Shown here in pieces: positions 10,343-19,185 of a DNA stretch of 64,000 bases. The stretch is from NCBI GenBank assembly GCA_016194505.1, contig JACQBK010000044.1, positions 197 to 64,196 of the forward strand. The letters are read 5' to 3'. The notes beneath the pieces were generated by a model. The model searched no databases. It worked only from the letters and a program-made list of their open reading frames with translations, and had not been told where the DNA came from. This stretch comes from Ignavibacteriales bacterium (GTDB lineage Bacteria; Bacteroidota; Ignavibacteria; UBA10030). Positions within the stretch are counted from its first letter, which is position 1. Each line of letters starts with the position of its first letter. A program made the position numbers and the translations under genes.

Positions 10343-10508
10343 CTGTCACGCCTGTCCCGCCACGCGGGAGTCCACACCGTGACAGCATTAAAAATCCTTC
10401 CAAATCGGTCACGGTCCCAAAGGGATGCCTTTGGCAAATGGTCCGTGACCGCCAGAAAAAAACAGGGGGTTTCGCATCTCGTAGCCATCCGATTTATCGG
10501 ATGGCTAC
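10343..10508. repeat. Cluster of three long GC-rich hairpins (palindromic repeat modules) between the bla-like gene and mnmA
   Basis: Three hairpins: ctgtcacg..(tcccgc cac gcggga)..cgtgacag at 10343-10385; ggtcacgg..(ccaaagg..cctttgg)..ccgtgacc at 10407-10450; a perfect 12-bp stem gtagccatccga-tta-tcggatggctac at 10481-10508. These share modules with other intergenic repeats in the window. Confidence 0.6.
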
Positions 10509-10548
10509 GAGAGAAAACACAAGATTATTCCTTTGACAGCGGTATTCA

Positions 10549-11499
10549 TTACTTCGGTATGCGCCTACCGTATTGATTGGAATTAGCTTTCCGTTCGAAA
10601 TACGAATAAGCGACACGAGAAATTTCAGTAATGATCTTGGGTCCATCATCGTCTTTTGCCAACAGCTTTGTCATGACACAAATAAGATACGGCGCTTGAG
10701 GAAGATAAACGATCCCAACATCGCATCGGATGCCTTCGACTTCTCCTTCCTTGTTTGCAACTTCAACGTTAGGAGGAAGACCGGCTTTTATGGCACCACT
10801 TTTTTCGTTGCGAAGAATGGAAAGCATATCGTCGCTTGCGGCTTTGCTGATAATCTCTCCTGTATACAATTTTTCAAGCACCATCATCACTTCTTTGGGA
10901 GTACCGATGTTCTCTCTTCCTTCCGCCGCGGCTTTTATGTCCATCATGACACGCTGGAGCTTTGTCTTCGTCGCTCCCAGCGCACGCAGGGATTTATTGA
11001 CGTTCTCCATACCAACAAGATCAATGAGGGCGTTGGTTGCCGTATTATCACTGAGTACAATCATCAACACGGCGTAATCTCGAATGCTCATTGAAACGCT
11101 GTTCTGCCCAAGCTCATTGAGAACACCGCTTCCACCCACCCGCGCTTTCTCTGGTAATGAAAGAACATCGGATAAATGGAATTTGCCCTGCTCCGCCTGC
11201 CGGTAAAGCTCGGCGAGAATATGAATTTTAATCGAGCTGGCTTGCGGGAAGATTTCATCCGCATTGATGGAGATTTCTTCTCCGGTCTTCAAATCTTTCA
11301 TCGCTACACCCACCACCGCATCTGCCCCGTCAATAATCGAAGAAAGTTTATTAATAAATTTTTGTTTTAGTGGATCGGATTGCGAAACAGCGATGCACTG
11401 TACCAAAATTGATAATGCGAATAAAAAAAACAAACCCAATCCAAAACGTCGAGAGTGTTTGAATTGGGTGGTATGGAAGAACCGTGTGGATAATTTCAA
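10549..11499 (-). CDS. Class A beta-lactamase-like serine hydrolase (secreted), 316 aa
   Basis: Signal peptide. S-x-x-K (SSIK), SDN (LSDNTATN) and a K(T/A)G-like motif in the class A order. Confidence 0.7.
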   Translation of the reverse strand: MKLSTRFFHTTQFKHSRRFGLGLFFLFALSILVQCIAVSQSDPLKQKFINKLSSIIDGADAVVGVAMKDLKTGEEISINADEIFPQASSIKIHILAELYRQAEQGKFHLSDVLSLPEKARVGGSGVLNELGQNSVSMSIRDYAVLMIVLSDNTATNALIDLVGMENVNKSLRALGATKTKLQRVMMDIKAAAEGRENIGTPKEVMMVLEKLYTGEIISKAASDDMLSILRNEKSGAIKAGLPPNVEVANKEGEVEGIRCDVGIVYLPQAPYLICVMTKLLAKDDDGPKIITEISRVAYSYFERKANSNQYGRRIPK

Positions 11500-12044
11500 G
11501 TCTTGCCTCTCACTTTCTCAATTTCGTTTTTAAAGCGATCAAAATTGCTTTTACCGATGGTAAAGAACCGTTGCTTACCCTCTGCATCGTAGATGAACGT
11601 CGCAGGAAGCGCGCCATTCCATTTTATGTTCAATGAGTTAATAAACGAATCTTGATTTTCAAATTGCCCAACATACGTTTTAAAGGGAACTTGCTGTTTC
11701 TTCAGAAACGGAAGGATTTTTGAATCAATTTCATCGGGGAAATCCGCACTGATGGCAATGACTTCCACATTCTCACCGTTATAATGCTGTGCCAATTTTA
11801 CCAAATCGGGAAATTCTTCAACGCAAGGCGCGCACCACGTTGCCCACACGTTGACAAAAAGAAGTTTGCCCTTTCGCTCCGTGATCAATTTTTTTAAGCC
11901 TGCTTCATCCAGCTTTTCCACCGGCTGAACGTTGACAGCAACATCAGACCTGAGAGTGTTCTGACTTTGCTCCTGTTTTTTTGCGCAACCTGAAACGCTG
12001 CAGAGTATTACAACGATCCCGATGACACATACGATTCTGATCAT
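11496..12044 (-). CDS. TlpA/ResA-like thiol:disulfide oxidoreductase lipoprotein (thioredoxin fold)
   Basis: Lipobox LCSVSGC; WATWCAPCVEEFP has the CxxC active site. Confidence 0.75.
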   Translation of the reverse strand: MIRIVCVIGIVVILCSVSGCAKKQEQSQNTLRSDVAVNVQPVEKLDEAGLKKLITERKGKLLFVNVWATWCAPCVEEFPDLVKLAQHYNGENVEVIAISADFPDEIDSKILPFLKKQQVPFKTYVGQFENQDSFINSLNIKWNGALPATFIYDAEGKQRFFTIGKSNFDRFKNEIEKVRGKT

Positions 12045-12616
12045 TACTCCACTCTTTTAATAGTGCATCCAAATGCTTTTGTACTCGCGACAACAACCGG
12101 TTTGCCGGCAAGAATGTTATCCACCGCCGCTCGGAGGTCTTTGGATTTTACGTTGTTTTCTCTTGAGGAATCATCAATCCGACCATGATACAAAACTTCA
12201 AATTTGGAATTAAGAACGTAAATTTCAGGTGTAAAAGATGCCTCGAATTTATCGGCAATGATATTGTTCCAATCCTTTAAGACCGTAAACTCAAACCCAT
12301 GCGTTTTTGAATGGTCTTTAATTTCCTCGACCGATTCTTGTTTATTGGAATTGATGCCGATAACCGCGACATTCTTCTTGCTATAATCTTTATAAAACTC
12401 CACCATACGAGTATTGTAGGCATTGGAGACAGGGCATTGCGTTGCAATAAACATTAACACGATTGCTTTCGAATCTTTGTAATCAGAAAGCGAGTGCTTT
12501 ACGCCGTTGTAATCCTCCAACGTAAAATCCTCGGCTTTCTTAGGCTCATCGCCCGCAAAAAGCGGAAGCGCAAGCAACCCAAGAAACATGAAAATTCCCG
12601 TGATTTTCTTCAACAT
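12044..12616 (-). CDS. Thioredoxin-fold (redoxin/AhpC-TSA-like) secreted protein with CPVS active-site variant
   Basis: Signal peptide. FIATQCPVSNAY redoxin-like motif. A second Cys lies near the C-terminus. Confidence 0.6.
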   Translation of the reverse strand: MLKKITGIFMFLGLLALPLFAGDEPKKAEDFTLEDYNGVKHSLSDYKDSKAIVLMFIATQCPVSNAYNTRMVEFYKDYSKKNVAVIGINSNKQESVEEIKDHSKTHGFEFTVLKDWNNIIADKFEASFTPEIYVLNSKFEVLYHGRIDDSSRENNVKSKDLRAAVDNILAGKPVVVASTKAFGCTIKRVE

Positions 12617-12713
12617 AGTTATCTCCTCTCAAATGAGCCAAAGGCTCATCCCGCGAATGCGGGACAAGTTGTGCCTACGGCGCACAGTTGTGGTTTGTTT
12701 AAAAAGACTACTT

Positions 12714-12850
12714 GAGACCTCTGAATGATTAAATTAACTGTCACGGTGAGCGCCTGCCTGCCGCAGGCAGGGAGTCGAACCGTGATTTTGGATTAAATTC
12801 GCCCCTCGACTCCGCTCGGGGTGACGAATTTAGAATATTTCAGAGGTCTC
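12714..12850. repeat. Fold-back MITE-like element with perfect 12-bp TIR (gagacctctgaa / ttcagaggtctc) enclosing the 19-bp palindrome cctgcctgccgcaggcagg (12753-12771)
   Basis: Inverted termini at 12714-12725 and 12839-12850. The internal modules 'gtcacggtgagcgcctgcctgc..' and 'gtcaccccgagcgg' are shared with the element at 28217-28334. Confidence 0.6.
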
Positions 12851-12866
12851 TATTAGCTTCTTCACC

Positions 12867-15269
12867 TTATTTGTCGCCAACGACAACCTTATTTTTCACA
12901 TACTTATCCGCCCATTCCAGCATTTCTGCAAGCACGTGCAATACCGACTCCCGACCGGAATACCCATGGCTTTCGAATGGCAGGATCACTAAACGAGCAG
13001 TTCCGCCATTTCCTTTCATTGCTTGATACAGTCGCTCTGACTGGATGGGAAATGTGCCGGAGTTGTTATCAGCCTCACCATGAATCATCAGCAGAGGCTC
13101 ATTGATTTTATTCGCGTACGTAAAGGGCGAGACTTTCATATACGTATCAGGTGCCTCCCAAAAAGACCTACGCTCGGTCTGGAAGCCAAACGGTGTCAGC
13201 GTACGGTTGTACGCTCCACTGCGGGCAATGCCAGCCGCAAAGAGATCGGAATGGGCAAGAAGATTTGCGGTCATGAACGCGCCGTAACTATGTCCAGAGA
13301 CCAGCACACGTTTTCGATCTATCACCCCCATGCCATCCAATTTATCAATGGCGGCTTTGGCGGCACCGACTATTTGCTCAACAAAAGTATTGTTCATCGT
13401 CTCCGGATCACCAACCACAGGCATTGTAGCATCCATCAACACGGCATAGCCTTGAGTGACGAAGAATAACGGCGAAGGTCCTCTAAAGAACGTAAATGAA
13501 TTCGGAGAACCGCGCACCTGTCCCGCTGTTCCGGCATCCGAATACTCCAGCGGATATGCCCAAATAAGAAGGGGCAATCGAGTGCCTTCCTTATAGTTGG
13601 GGGGCAAATAGAGCGTTCCGGAAAGTGCAACGCCATCGCTCCGATTATATTTTACCAATTCTTTTCTCATACCCGTCAATTGCGGGGCAGGGTCTTTGAG
13701 ATCGGTAATCGCTTTCCGCTTCTTTGAGGAGAGATCGAGGACATAATAATTCGGCACTTCGGTTTTGGATTCGTATCTCGTTACAGCTTGAGTCCGAGAG
13801 TTACCGGCAAACGCTATGAACTGCTCAACGCTTTTATCGTCAGAACGGTAGAGGCGTTCTTTCTTTAAGGATTTTAAATTCATTTTGTCAATAAACGGAC
13901 GATCGCCTTGCTCCGACGCTCCCCTTCCCCGCAAATAGATCCAATCACCATCTTGCAGGAGAACACTTTCACCATCAATTCTCGTTTCATAAATAGGATT
14001 ACCAGGATCGTTGTAAGCATCATTAACGCTTAAATCGAAGATAACTTTTTTCGTTTCAGGCTTTGCAAGATTAACGAATGAAGTAGTTCTCCATCGACGG
14101 TCGCGGTCAAATTCATGCACCAGCACTTCGTCTTTTTTTGCTGTCCACTCAAAGCCCTGATAGCGGTGCTGAAGTTTCATACTCTCGACAGGCGACCCGT
14201 TAAAAGGGGCGACGAGAGACATTATCTTATCCCGATTTGGCACCTTTTTCATCGGGTCACCGCCATCTAACGCTTCCACCCAAACAAGCTTTGCATTTTG
14301 GAGCGCCTGCCATCGGATAGCGCGCGGTCCCGTGCGAACTCCCTGCGTCGGGATTTCATCTTGAACGAGAAGATCAACAATCATTTTCACGACGGAGCCT
14401 TTTGCATCCCACACTTCTGTTGTTTGAGCAAAATTAAAATAGGGAACTCTGTAGGAGAATGGAGTATTTAATCGTGTGACGAGCAGGTATTGTTCATCCG
14501 GCGAGAAGTTTGCAGAAAGAATCATTGCCGGCTTGCCGATATTTTTAACATCGCCCGTTTGGGAATTCACAACCGCGAGCTGGCTTAATGAATAATAAGC
14601 AAAGAGTTGCTCGTCATAAGGGGTTTTAAGTAAATCCTGAAACGTTGCCGTTTTCGAGACCTTGCCGTACGTTTCTTCTATAATCGGCCCGATGGGAACC
14701 TTGGGAGCCTCAGGCGCTTTCCCTCTTCCTTGCGGAATTGTTCTGACAAGCAAGCTCGTATTATCCTTCAACCATTCAAACGAAGCGCCAAGCACATCAT
14801 TGATACGCACCGTTCCAACCGCGTGCGCTTTGCCGGTTGCTGCATCTGCCACCCAAAGCTCCACGCCATCTCCAACATCATTTGCAAAAGCGATCTTCTT
14901 GCCATCGTACGACCAGACGGGCATGCCGATTTTTGCATCCGCAGATAATTCTATACGTACGGAACTGGCGCCGCTAATTTTTTTTATGCTTATGCCTGTG
15001 TAACGAGTAAGTCGTTGGCGGGCATTCAACGCCGGATCAATCCGCAATCCGCCAATTCGCAAGAAGGGCTGGGCAACCATTGCGATGGGCGGCTGGGAAA
15101 GATACTCCACCAACATTAAGGCATCATTCCGCGGACTCATTGCGGCAAAGGGAGTCGGCGCTGCATCCACTATATTAACAACTTCTTTAGGGGGAAGCTT
15201 GTAGGGAGTCTGAGCAAACGCAGTAAGCACTCCAACGACAAGGCACAAGGACGTAAGAAGGCGTTTCAT
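12867..15269 (-). CDS. S9 family serine peptidase (prolyl oligopeptidase/dipeptidyl-peptidase-like) with N-terminal beta-propeller, secreted, 800 aa
   Basis: Signal peptide. C-terminal alpha/beta hydrolase with GHSYGAFMT (GxSxG) plus downstream Asp/His. Confidence 0.85.
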   Translation of the reverse strand: MKRLLTSLCLVVGVLTAFAQTPYKLPPKEVVNIVDAAPTPFAAMSPRNDALMLVEYLSQPPIAMVAQPFLRIGGLRIDPALNARQRLTRYTGISIKKISGASSVRIELSADAKIGMPVWSYDGKKIAFANDVGDGVELWVADAATGKAHAVGTVRINDVLGASFEWLKDNTSLLVRTIPQGRGKAPEAPKVPIGPIIEETYGKVSKTATFQDLLKTPYDEQLFAYYSLSQLAVVNSQTGDVKNIGKPAMILSANFSPDEQYLLVTRLNTPFSYRVPYFNFAQTTEVWDAKGSVVKMIVDLLVQDEIPTQGVRTGPRAIRWQALQNAKLVWVEALDGGDPMKKVPNRDKIMSLVAPFNGSPVESMKLQHRYQGFEWTAKKDEVLVHEFDRDRRWRTTSFVNLAKPETKKVIFDLSVNDAYNDPGNPIYETRIDGESVLLQDGDWIYLRGRGASEQGDRPFIDKMNLKSLKKERLYRSDDKSVEQFIAFAGNSRTQAVTRYESKTEVPNYYVLDLSSKKRKAITDLKDPAPQLTGMRKELVKYNRSDGVALSGTLYLPPNYKEGTRLPLLIWAYPLEYSDAGTAGQVRGSPNSFTFFRGPSPLFFVTQGYAVLMDATMPVVGDPETMNNTFVEQIVGAAKAAIDKLDGMGVIDRKRVLVSGHSYGAFMTANLLAHSDLFAAGIARSGAYNRTLTPFGFQTERRSFWEAPDTYMKVSPFTYANKINEPLLMIHGEADNNSGTFPIQSERLYQAMKGNGGTARLVILPFESHGYSGRESVLHVLAEMLEWADKYVKNKVVVGDK

Positions 15270-15384
15270 AGATGTATTCCTTATGAGGATTGTAGGGAAC
15301 GATTAACATTCCATGGGGAAAAAGCTATATACAATAACGAATGAAGAATGTACAAGTTCCGCAAGAAACTATATGTTACGACCT

Positions 15385-15792
15385 TTAATTAAGGGTTTTT
15401 ACTGTGAAGAGCCACACTTCACTCCAAGCGCCCGTCAAACCGTTTGAATTATACGCTTTTACCCGCCAAAAATATTGATGATCTCTCAACTGTGGTGTCC
15501 GGAACAAAGTTGTATCCGTTTTGGCGGCAGCCACTTTATCAACAAACAGGGAATCGTACGCAAGCTCTACCGAGTAACTTCCTGCGTCAGTAACTTCTCT
15601 CCATCGCAACGTTACTTGTTCGGTTGTAGAAATTCCACCGTATTTAGGTCGCGACAAAGACGGCGATTGCAGCACCTGTCGTTCCGAAAGAGAAAAAACC
15701 GGAGAAACATTTGAATCTACAGGGCGTTCGCATCCTATGACAAACAAAAACAATATGCACATGGCGCAAGCTGCTATTTTCATTGTACGCAA
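15385..15792 (-). CDS. Small lipoprotein with fibronectin type III-like domain
   Basis: Lipobox FVIGC. FN3-like YSVELAYD...YFWRVKAYNSNGLTGAWS. Confidence 0.45.
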   Translation of the reverse strand: MRTMKIAACAMCILFLFVIGCERPVDSNVSPVFSLSERQVLQSPSLSRPKYGGISTTEQVTLRWREVTDAGSYSVELAYDSLFVDKVAAAKTDTTLFRTPQLRDHQYFWRVKAYNSNGLTGAWSEVWLFTVKTLN

Positions 15793-15985
15793 TTCCTTAT
15801 CGCTCCAATTTTTTCATACTGTCACGTTGGAATCTACACATTTGAACATTTGGAATCAATCGTTCCGTAACGAAATGCTACCAAACAAAGTGAAATCTAA
15901 AAACAATATATTCAAGTTGACCTTGACGGTAGGATAGAAAATGAGTATATTTTCGTATGAATTTTACAGTTGTGGAGCCAATGGT

Positions 15986-16885
15986 ATGAAAACGCTTATC
16001 GTTGTTTGTTGTCTTGTCTTTGCCTTTCCCACGTTTGCCCAAGAATTAAACTGCGATGTTACGGTCAACATGGATAATATCCCCGCCGCCGCAAGGGATA
16101 ATTTGAGGACGTTTAAAACCGACATAGAAAAATATGTAAACAACATCCGTTGGACCGATGAAGACTTAGGTGGAGAAAAAATTGATTGCAGTCTATCTAT
16201 ATTTTTTCTTACTGCCTCCGCCAACAATAGTTATACTGCTCAAGTAGTGGTGGTAAGCCAGCGGCCGGTCTATAAAGGAATTGACAAGTCAGGGAAACGC
16301 TCCCAGATATTGCGCATTTCCGATGACAAGTGGGAATTTCTCTACGTTCCCGGTCAACAAATGGCAAAAGATGATTTCCGGTTCGAACCTCTGACAAGCT
16401 TCCTTAATTTTTACGCATACCTCATCATCGGTTTCGATCTTGAAACCTACACGGAGATGTCCGGGTCGAGATACTTTCAGAAAGCCAACAACATCGCAAC
16501 ACAAGCAAGCTCGTCGGCGTACGGAAAGGATTGGCAGGGAACCTCTGGAAATTATGGCAAATTCGGATTTATTGATGAATTGATGAATCTCAAGTACCAG
16601 CAGTTCCGCTTCGCATTCTTCCAATACCATTTTGATGGAATAGATTTACTCGCAACAGAACAGCAGAAGGGCTTGGAGAACATTTTGAAGGCGGTAGAAT
16701 CTATTGCAGAATTACGCCAGAAACAAAATCCGCGGAGTTTTCTCGTCTGGGCGTTCTTCAATGCAAAGCACCTTGAAATCTCCGACGCGTTCCTCACGTG
16801 GCCCGATAGATCAGTCTATGATAGGCTCATCGCCGCCGACCAAGCGAACCAAAAAACGTACGAAGACTATCGCTCGCGGCGATAG
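15986..16885 (+). CDS. Hypothetical secreted protein (~300 aa; Bacteroidetes-type DUF, possibly DUF4835-like)
   Basis: The ORF at 15941 contains MKTLIVVCCLVFAFPTFAQ as a signal peptide; the likely start is ~15986. No catalytic motif recognised. Confidence 0.4.
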   Translation: MKTLIVVCCLVFAFPTFAQELNCDVTVNMDNIPAAARDNLRTFKTDIEKYVNNIRWTDEDLGGEKIDCSLSIFFLTASANNSYTAQVVVVSQRPVYKGIDKSGKRSQILRISDDKWEFLYVPGQQMAKDDFRFEPLTSFLNFYAYLIIGFDLETYTEMSGSRYFQKANNIATQASSSAYGKDWQGTSGNYGKFGFIDELMNLKYQQFRFAFFQYHFDGIDLLATEQQKGLENILKAVESIAELRQKQNPRSFLVWAFFNAKHLEISDAFLTWPDRSVYDRLIAADQANQKTYEDYRSRR

Positions 16886-16887
16886 AG

Positions 16888-16977
16888 AATTTTTTTACCC
16901 TTGCGAAGGTGAAACTTGTCCGCCTTTGGCGGAAATGCCGCCTTACGGCCTCCCGTACAACGGGACCTTCGTAAGGG
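16888..16977. repeat. Nested multi-hairpin element between convergent genes (possible bidirectional terminator or REP-like repeat)
   Basis: Outer inverted pair cccttgcgaaggt / accttcgtaaggg encloses tccgcctttggcgga and tcccgtacaacggga hairpins. Confidence 0.5.
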
Positions 16978-17042
16978 TACAATCAATCCTACTTAAATAC
17001 TTTTAACCCTCCCCGTCGCTTTTTTCGCGCCTGAAGTAGCTT

Positions 17043-19151
17043 CTACTCGAACGTTATCCCCATAATCGTATCCCCCACTTGTAATTTATCAACGACATCG
17101 TAACCGCTTACCACTTTCGCAAAAACCGTATAGCGGCCATCGAGATGCGGCGTGGGAAGATGCGTTATAAAGAACTGGCAACCTTCCGTGTCTTTACCGG
17201 CACTCGCGATGCCGCATGCGCCGCGACTAAAATTTGCCGAAGAAAATTCCGACCGAATTGCATAGCCCGGTCCGCCCCATCCATCGCCGCGGGGATCGCC
17301 ACCTTGAACAACAAAATTCGGCACAACGCGATGGAAAGTCAGTCCGTTATAAAAATTCTTCTTCGCGAGCTTGACAAAATTCAGCACGGTGAACGGCGCA
17401 TCATCCTTCAGCAATTGGATCTTAATGATTCCTTTGTTCGTTGTAAGCGTTGCAATTTGATCAGGCTTGATGGATTCCAGCGTATCCCAATCGAAATCCG
17501 TCCGGGATGGTCGCGTAGCTTGCGGGATTTTATCGGAATAATCCTTCCCCGTCATTACCTGTAAAGCAACCGCCGCATTGGTCGCCACCGTCTTATCGGC
17601 ATCTTGCAGTGCTTTTTCTAACACCGGTAAAAAACGCTTATCGGCAATTCTTCCCATTGCAATCAAAACCGCTTGCATGGTTTCGACATCATTGGGGGAT
17701 GAAAGCTTGGAATAGGCATTCATCAAAGCATGCACCAATGAATCAGCCTCATTTGCTCGATTAAAAAGATGAAAATATGATGTATCTCCCAGAGCGTTGG
17801 CGACAAGATTTGTCAAAGCCATATCGTTGCGCTGTAAAGAAAACAGCGTTTTTCGGTACAACGCAGAACGGATTTCCTCCCAATTGGATACGCCCTGCCT
17901 CATCCGGTTGATTGATGCAGGCGTCAAAAAACGCCGAATAAAATCCCAGCCCGCCATGGCAACCCGCACGGAATCATCATCCAAATACTTTATCATAGAG
18001 AGTAAACTTTGTCCCGAAGGAATAAAGCTCATCGCCTCGATAGCCTTTGTTTTCTCGCGGACGGATAAATTCTGAGCTTGCAAAAATTTTCCCTTTACAA
18101 ATTCATCGGGAAAATGCCTGCCGAGTGCAACCATAGCTTCACCGCGGACTAAATCGGCATTGTTGTTTTTTGTCAAGGCAAGCTTGGAGAGCTGCAACTT
18201 AAATTTTGTCGTGTCCTTGGACGTTTGCACTACTTGTTTCGACAACGCCCCCATTGCTTGCAGAGTCGCAATTTTGACGTGGTCGTTGGGCGAGGCAAGA
18301 TATTCGAGAAAGTCACTGAGAAGCTCATTGTTGGCTGGGATAAGAGCGACGATAGCCTGCACAATTTTTACCTGAGTCCGCCAATCCCCTTTTTGACGTT
18401 CCGCTTTTTGAATTTTCCGCAGGATATCAACTACATCACTCGATTTTGATCTTCCCAGGAGCGTGGCAAGGTTCATTCGCACATCCGCATTGGGGTCAGC
18501 GGCAAGTTTTCCCAGTTCATCGCGCCGCTTGGAAATTTCCACATCAATCAAACCGTGCGGAGCCATGCGCCACAATGCAACCAGAGCAGTCCATCGGACA
18601 TCGGCGTTTTTATCATCCAGCAAATCGAAGCAGTACCAGATTGCCTGTTCGTTTTTTATCCCGCGAAGAGCAAATCTGACGACACTCATCGCAAGATCGG
18701 CTTTTAAAGAGGATGCAGCCTCAGTTGGCTTATAGCTCGTTACGGCATCAAGGGCTTGTTCGTTGCCGCATCTTCCCAACGCTTCGGCAAGTCGGGAAAT
18801 AACGGATGCATCAGCTTCAACATGTAATCTACCGAGCAAGGCATTTTGAGACATGGCAGAGCCTATCTGCCCTAACGCAAATGCCGCGGCGGAACGAACT
18901 TTAGTCTCCCTGTCGTTCAGCAAGGGAAAAAGGGGAATAATTGTTGTCGAATCCTGAAGATTAGCAAGCGCAAGAGCCGCGCGATAACGAAGGGGGCTTT
19001 CCTTGCTAGATAAATATGCGAGCAATTTTCCCCCGCCCAATGAGCGTTGGTCTTGAAGCATTAAGATTTCTCTTTCATCCTGAGAAAGCTTTTGTGAAAG
19101 CGCCACAGAACAGCACACCGCAACTAACAATACAATTGATCGAGTTCTCAT
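17043..19151 (-). CDS. HEAT-repeat (PBS-lyase type) protein fused to a C-terminal cyclophilin-type peptidyl-prolyl cis-trans isomerase, secreted, ~702 aa
   Basis: Signal peptide MRTRSIVLLVAVCCSVALSQ (start ~19151, not the upstream ATG at 19250). Multiple HEAT-like repeats (..DVRWTALVALWRM.., ..DKTVATNAAVALQVM..). The C-terminus carries FHRVVPNFVVQGGDPRGDGWGGPGY...GCQFFITH, a cyclophilin signature. Confidence 0.8.
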   Translation of the reverse strand: MRTRSIVLLVAVCCSVALSQKLSQDEREILMLQDQRSLGGGKLLAYLSSKESPLRYRAALALANLQDSTTIIPLFPLLNDRETKVRSAAAFALGQIGSAMSQNALLGRLHVEADASVISRLAEALGRCGNEQALDAVTSYKPTEAASSLKADLAMSVVRFALRGIKNEQAIWYCFDLLDDKNADVRWTALVALWRMAPHGLIDVEISKRRDELGKLAADPNADVRMNLATLLGRSKSSDVVDILRKIQKAERQKGDWRTQVKIVQAIVALIPANNELLSDFLEYLASPNDHVKIATLQAMGALSKQVVQTSKDTTKFKLQLSKLALTKNNNADLVRGEAMVALGRHFPDEFVKGKFLQAQNLSVREKTKAIEAMSFIPSGQSLLSMIKYLDDDSVRVAMAGWDFIRRFLTPASINRMRQGVSNWEEIRSALYRKTLFSLQRNDMALTNLVANALGDTSYFHLFNRANEADSLVHALMNAYSKLSSPNDVETMQAVLIAMGRIADKRFLPVLEKALQDADKTVATNAAVALQVMTGKDYSDKIPQATRPSRTDFDWDTLESIKPDQIATLTTNKGIIKIQLLKDDAPFTVLNFVKLAKKNFYNGLTFHRVVPNFVVQGGDPRGDGWGGPGYAIRSEFSSANFSRGACGIASAGKDTEGCQFFITHLPTPHLDGRYTVFAKVVSGYDVVDKLQVGDTIMGITFE

Positions 19152-19185
19152 AAGTATAATGAAGTGAAAGTTAGTGGTAAGGAAC

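Noticed and set aside
9172-10488. 438-aa version of mnmA from the ORF track
   Set aside because: The first 69 codons translate the structured hairpin region and have no homology. The conserved MnmA N-terminus starts at MKGSKNNITVVVGMSGGVDSS (~10281).
12760-12795. tRNA-like T-loop motif (minus strand reads GGTTCGACTCC) inside the 12.7 kb repeat
   Set aside because: No matching acceptor stem, D-arm or anticodon arm could be built around it. The motif is part of the palindromic repeat, not a tRNA or tRNA-derived SINE.
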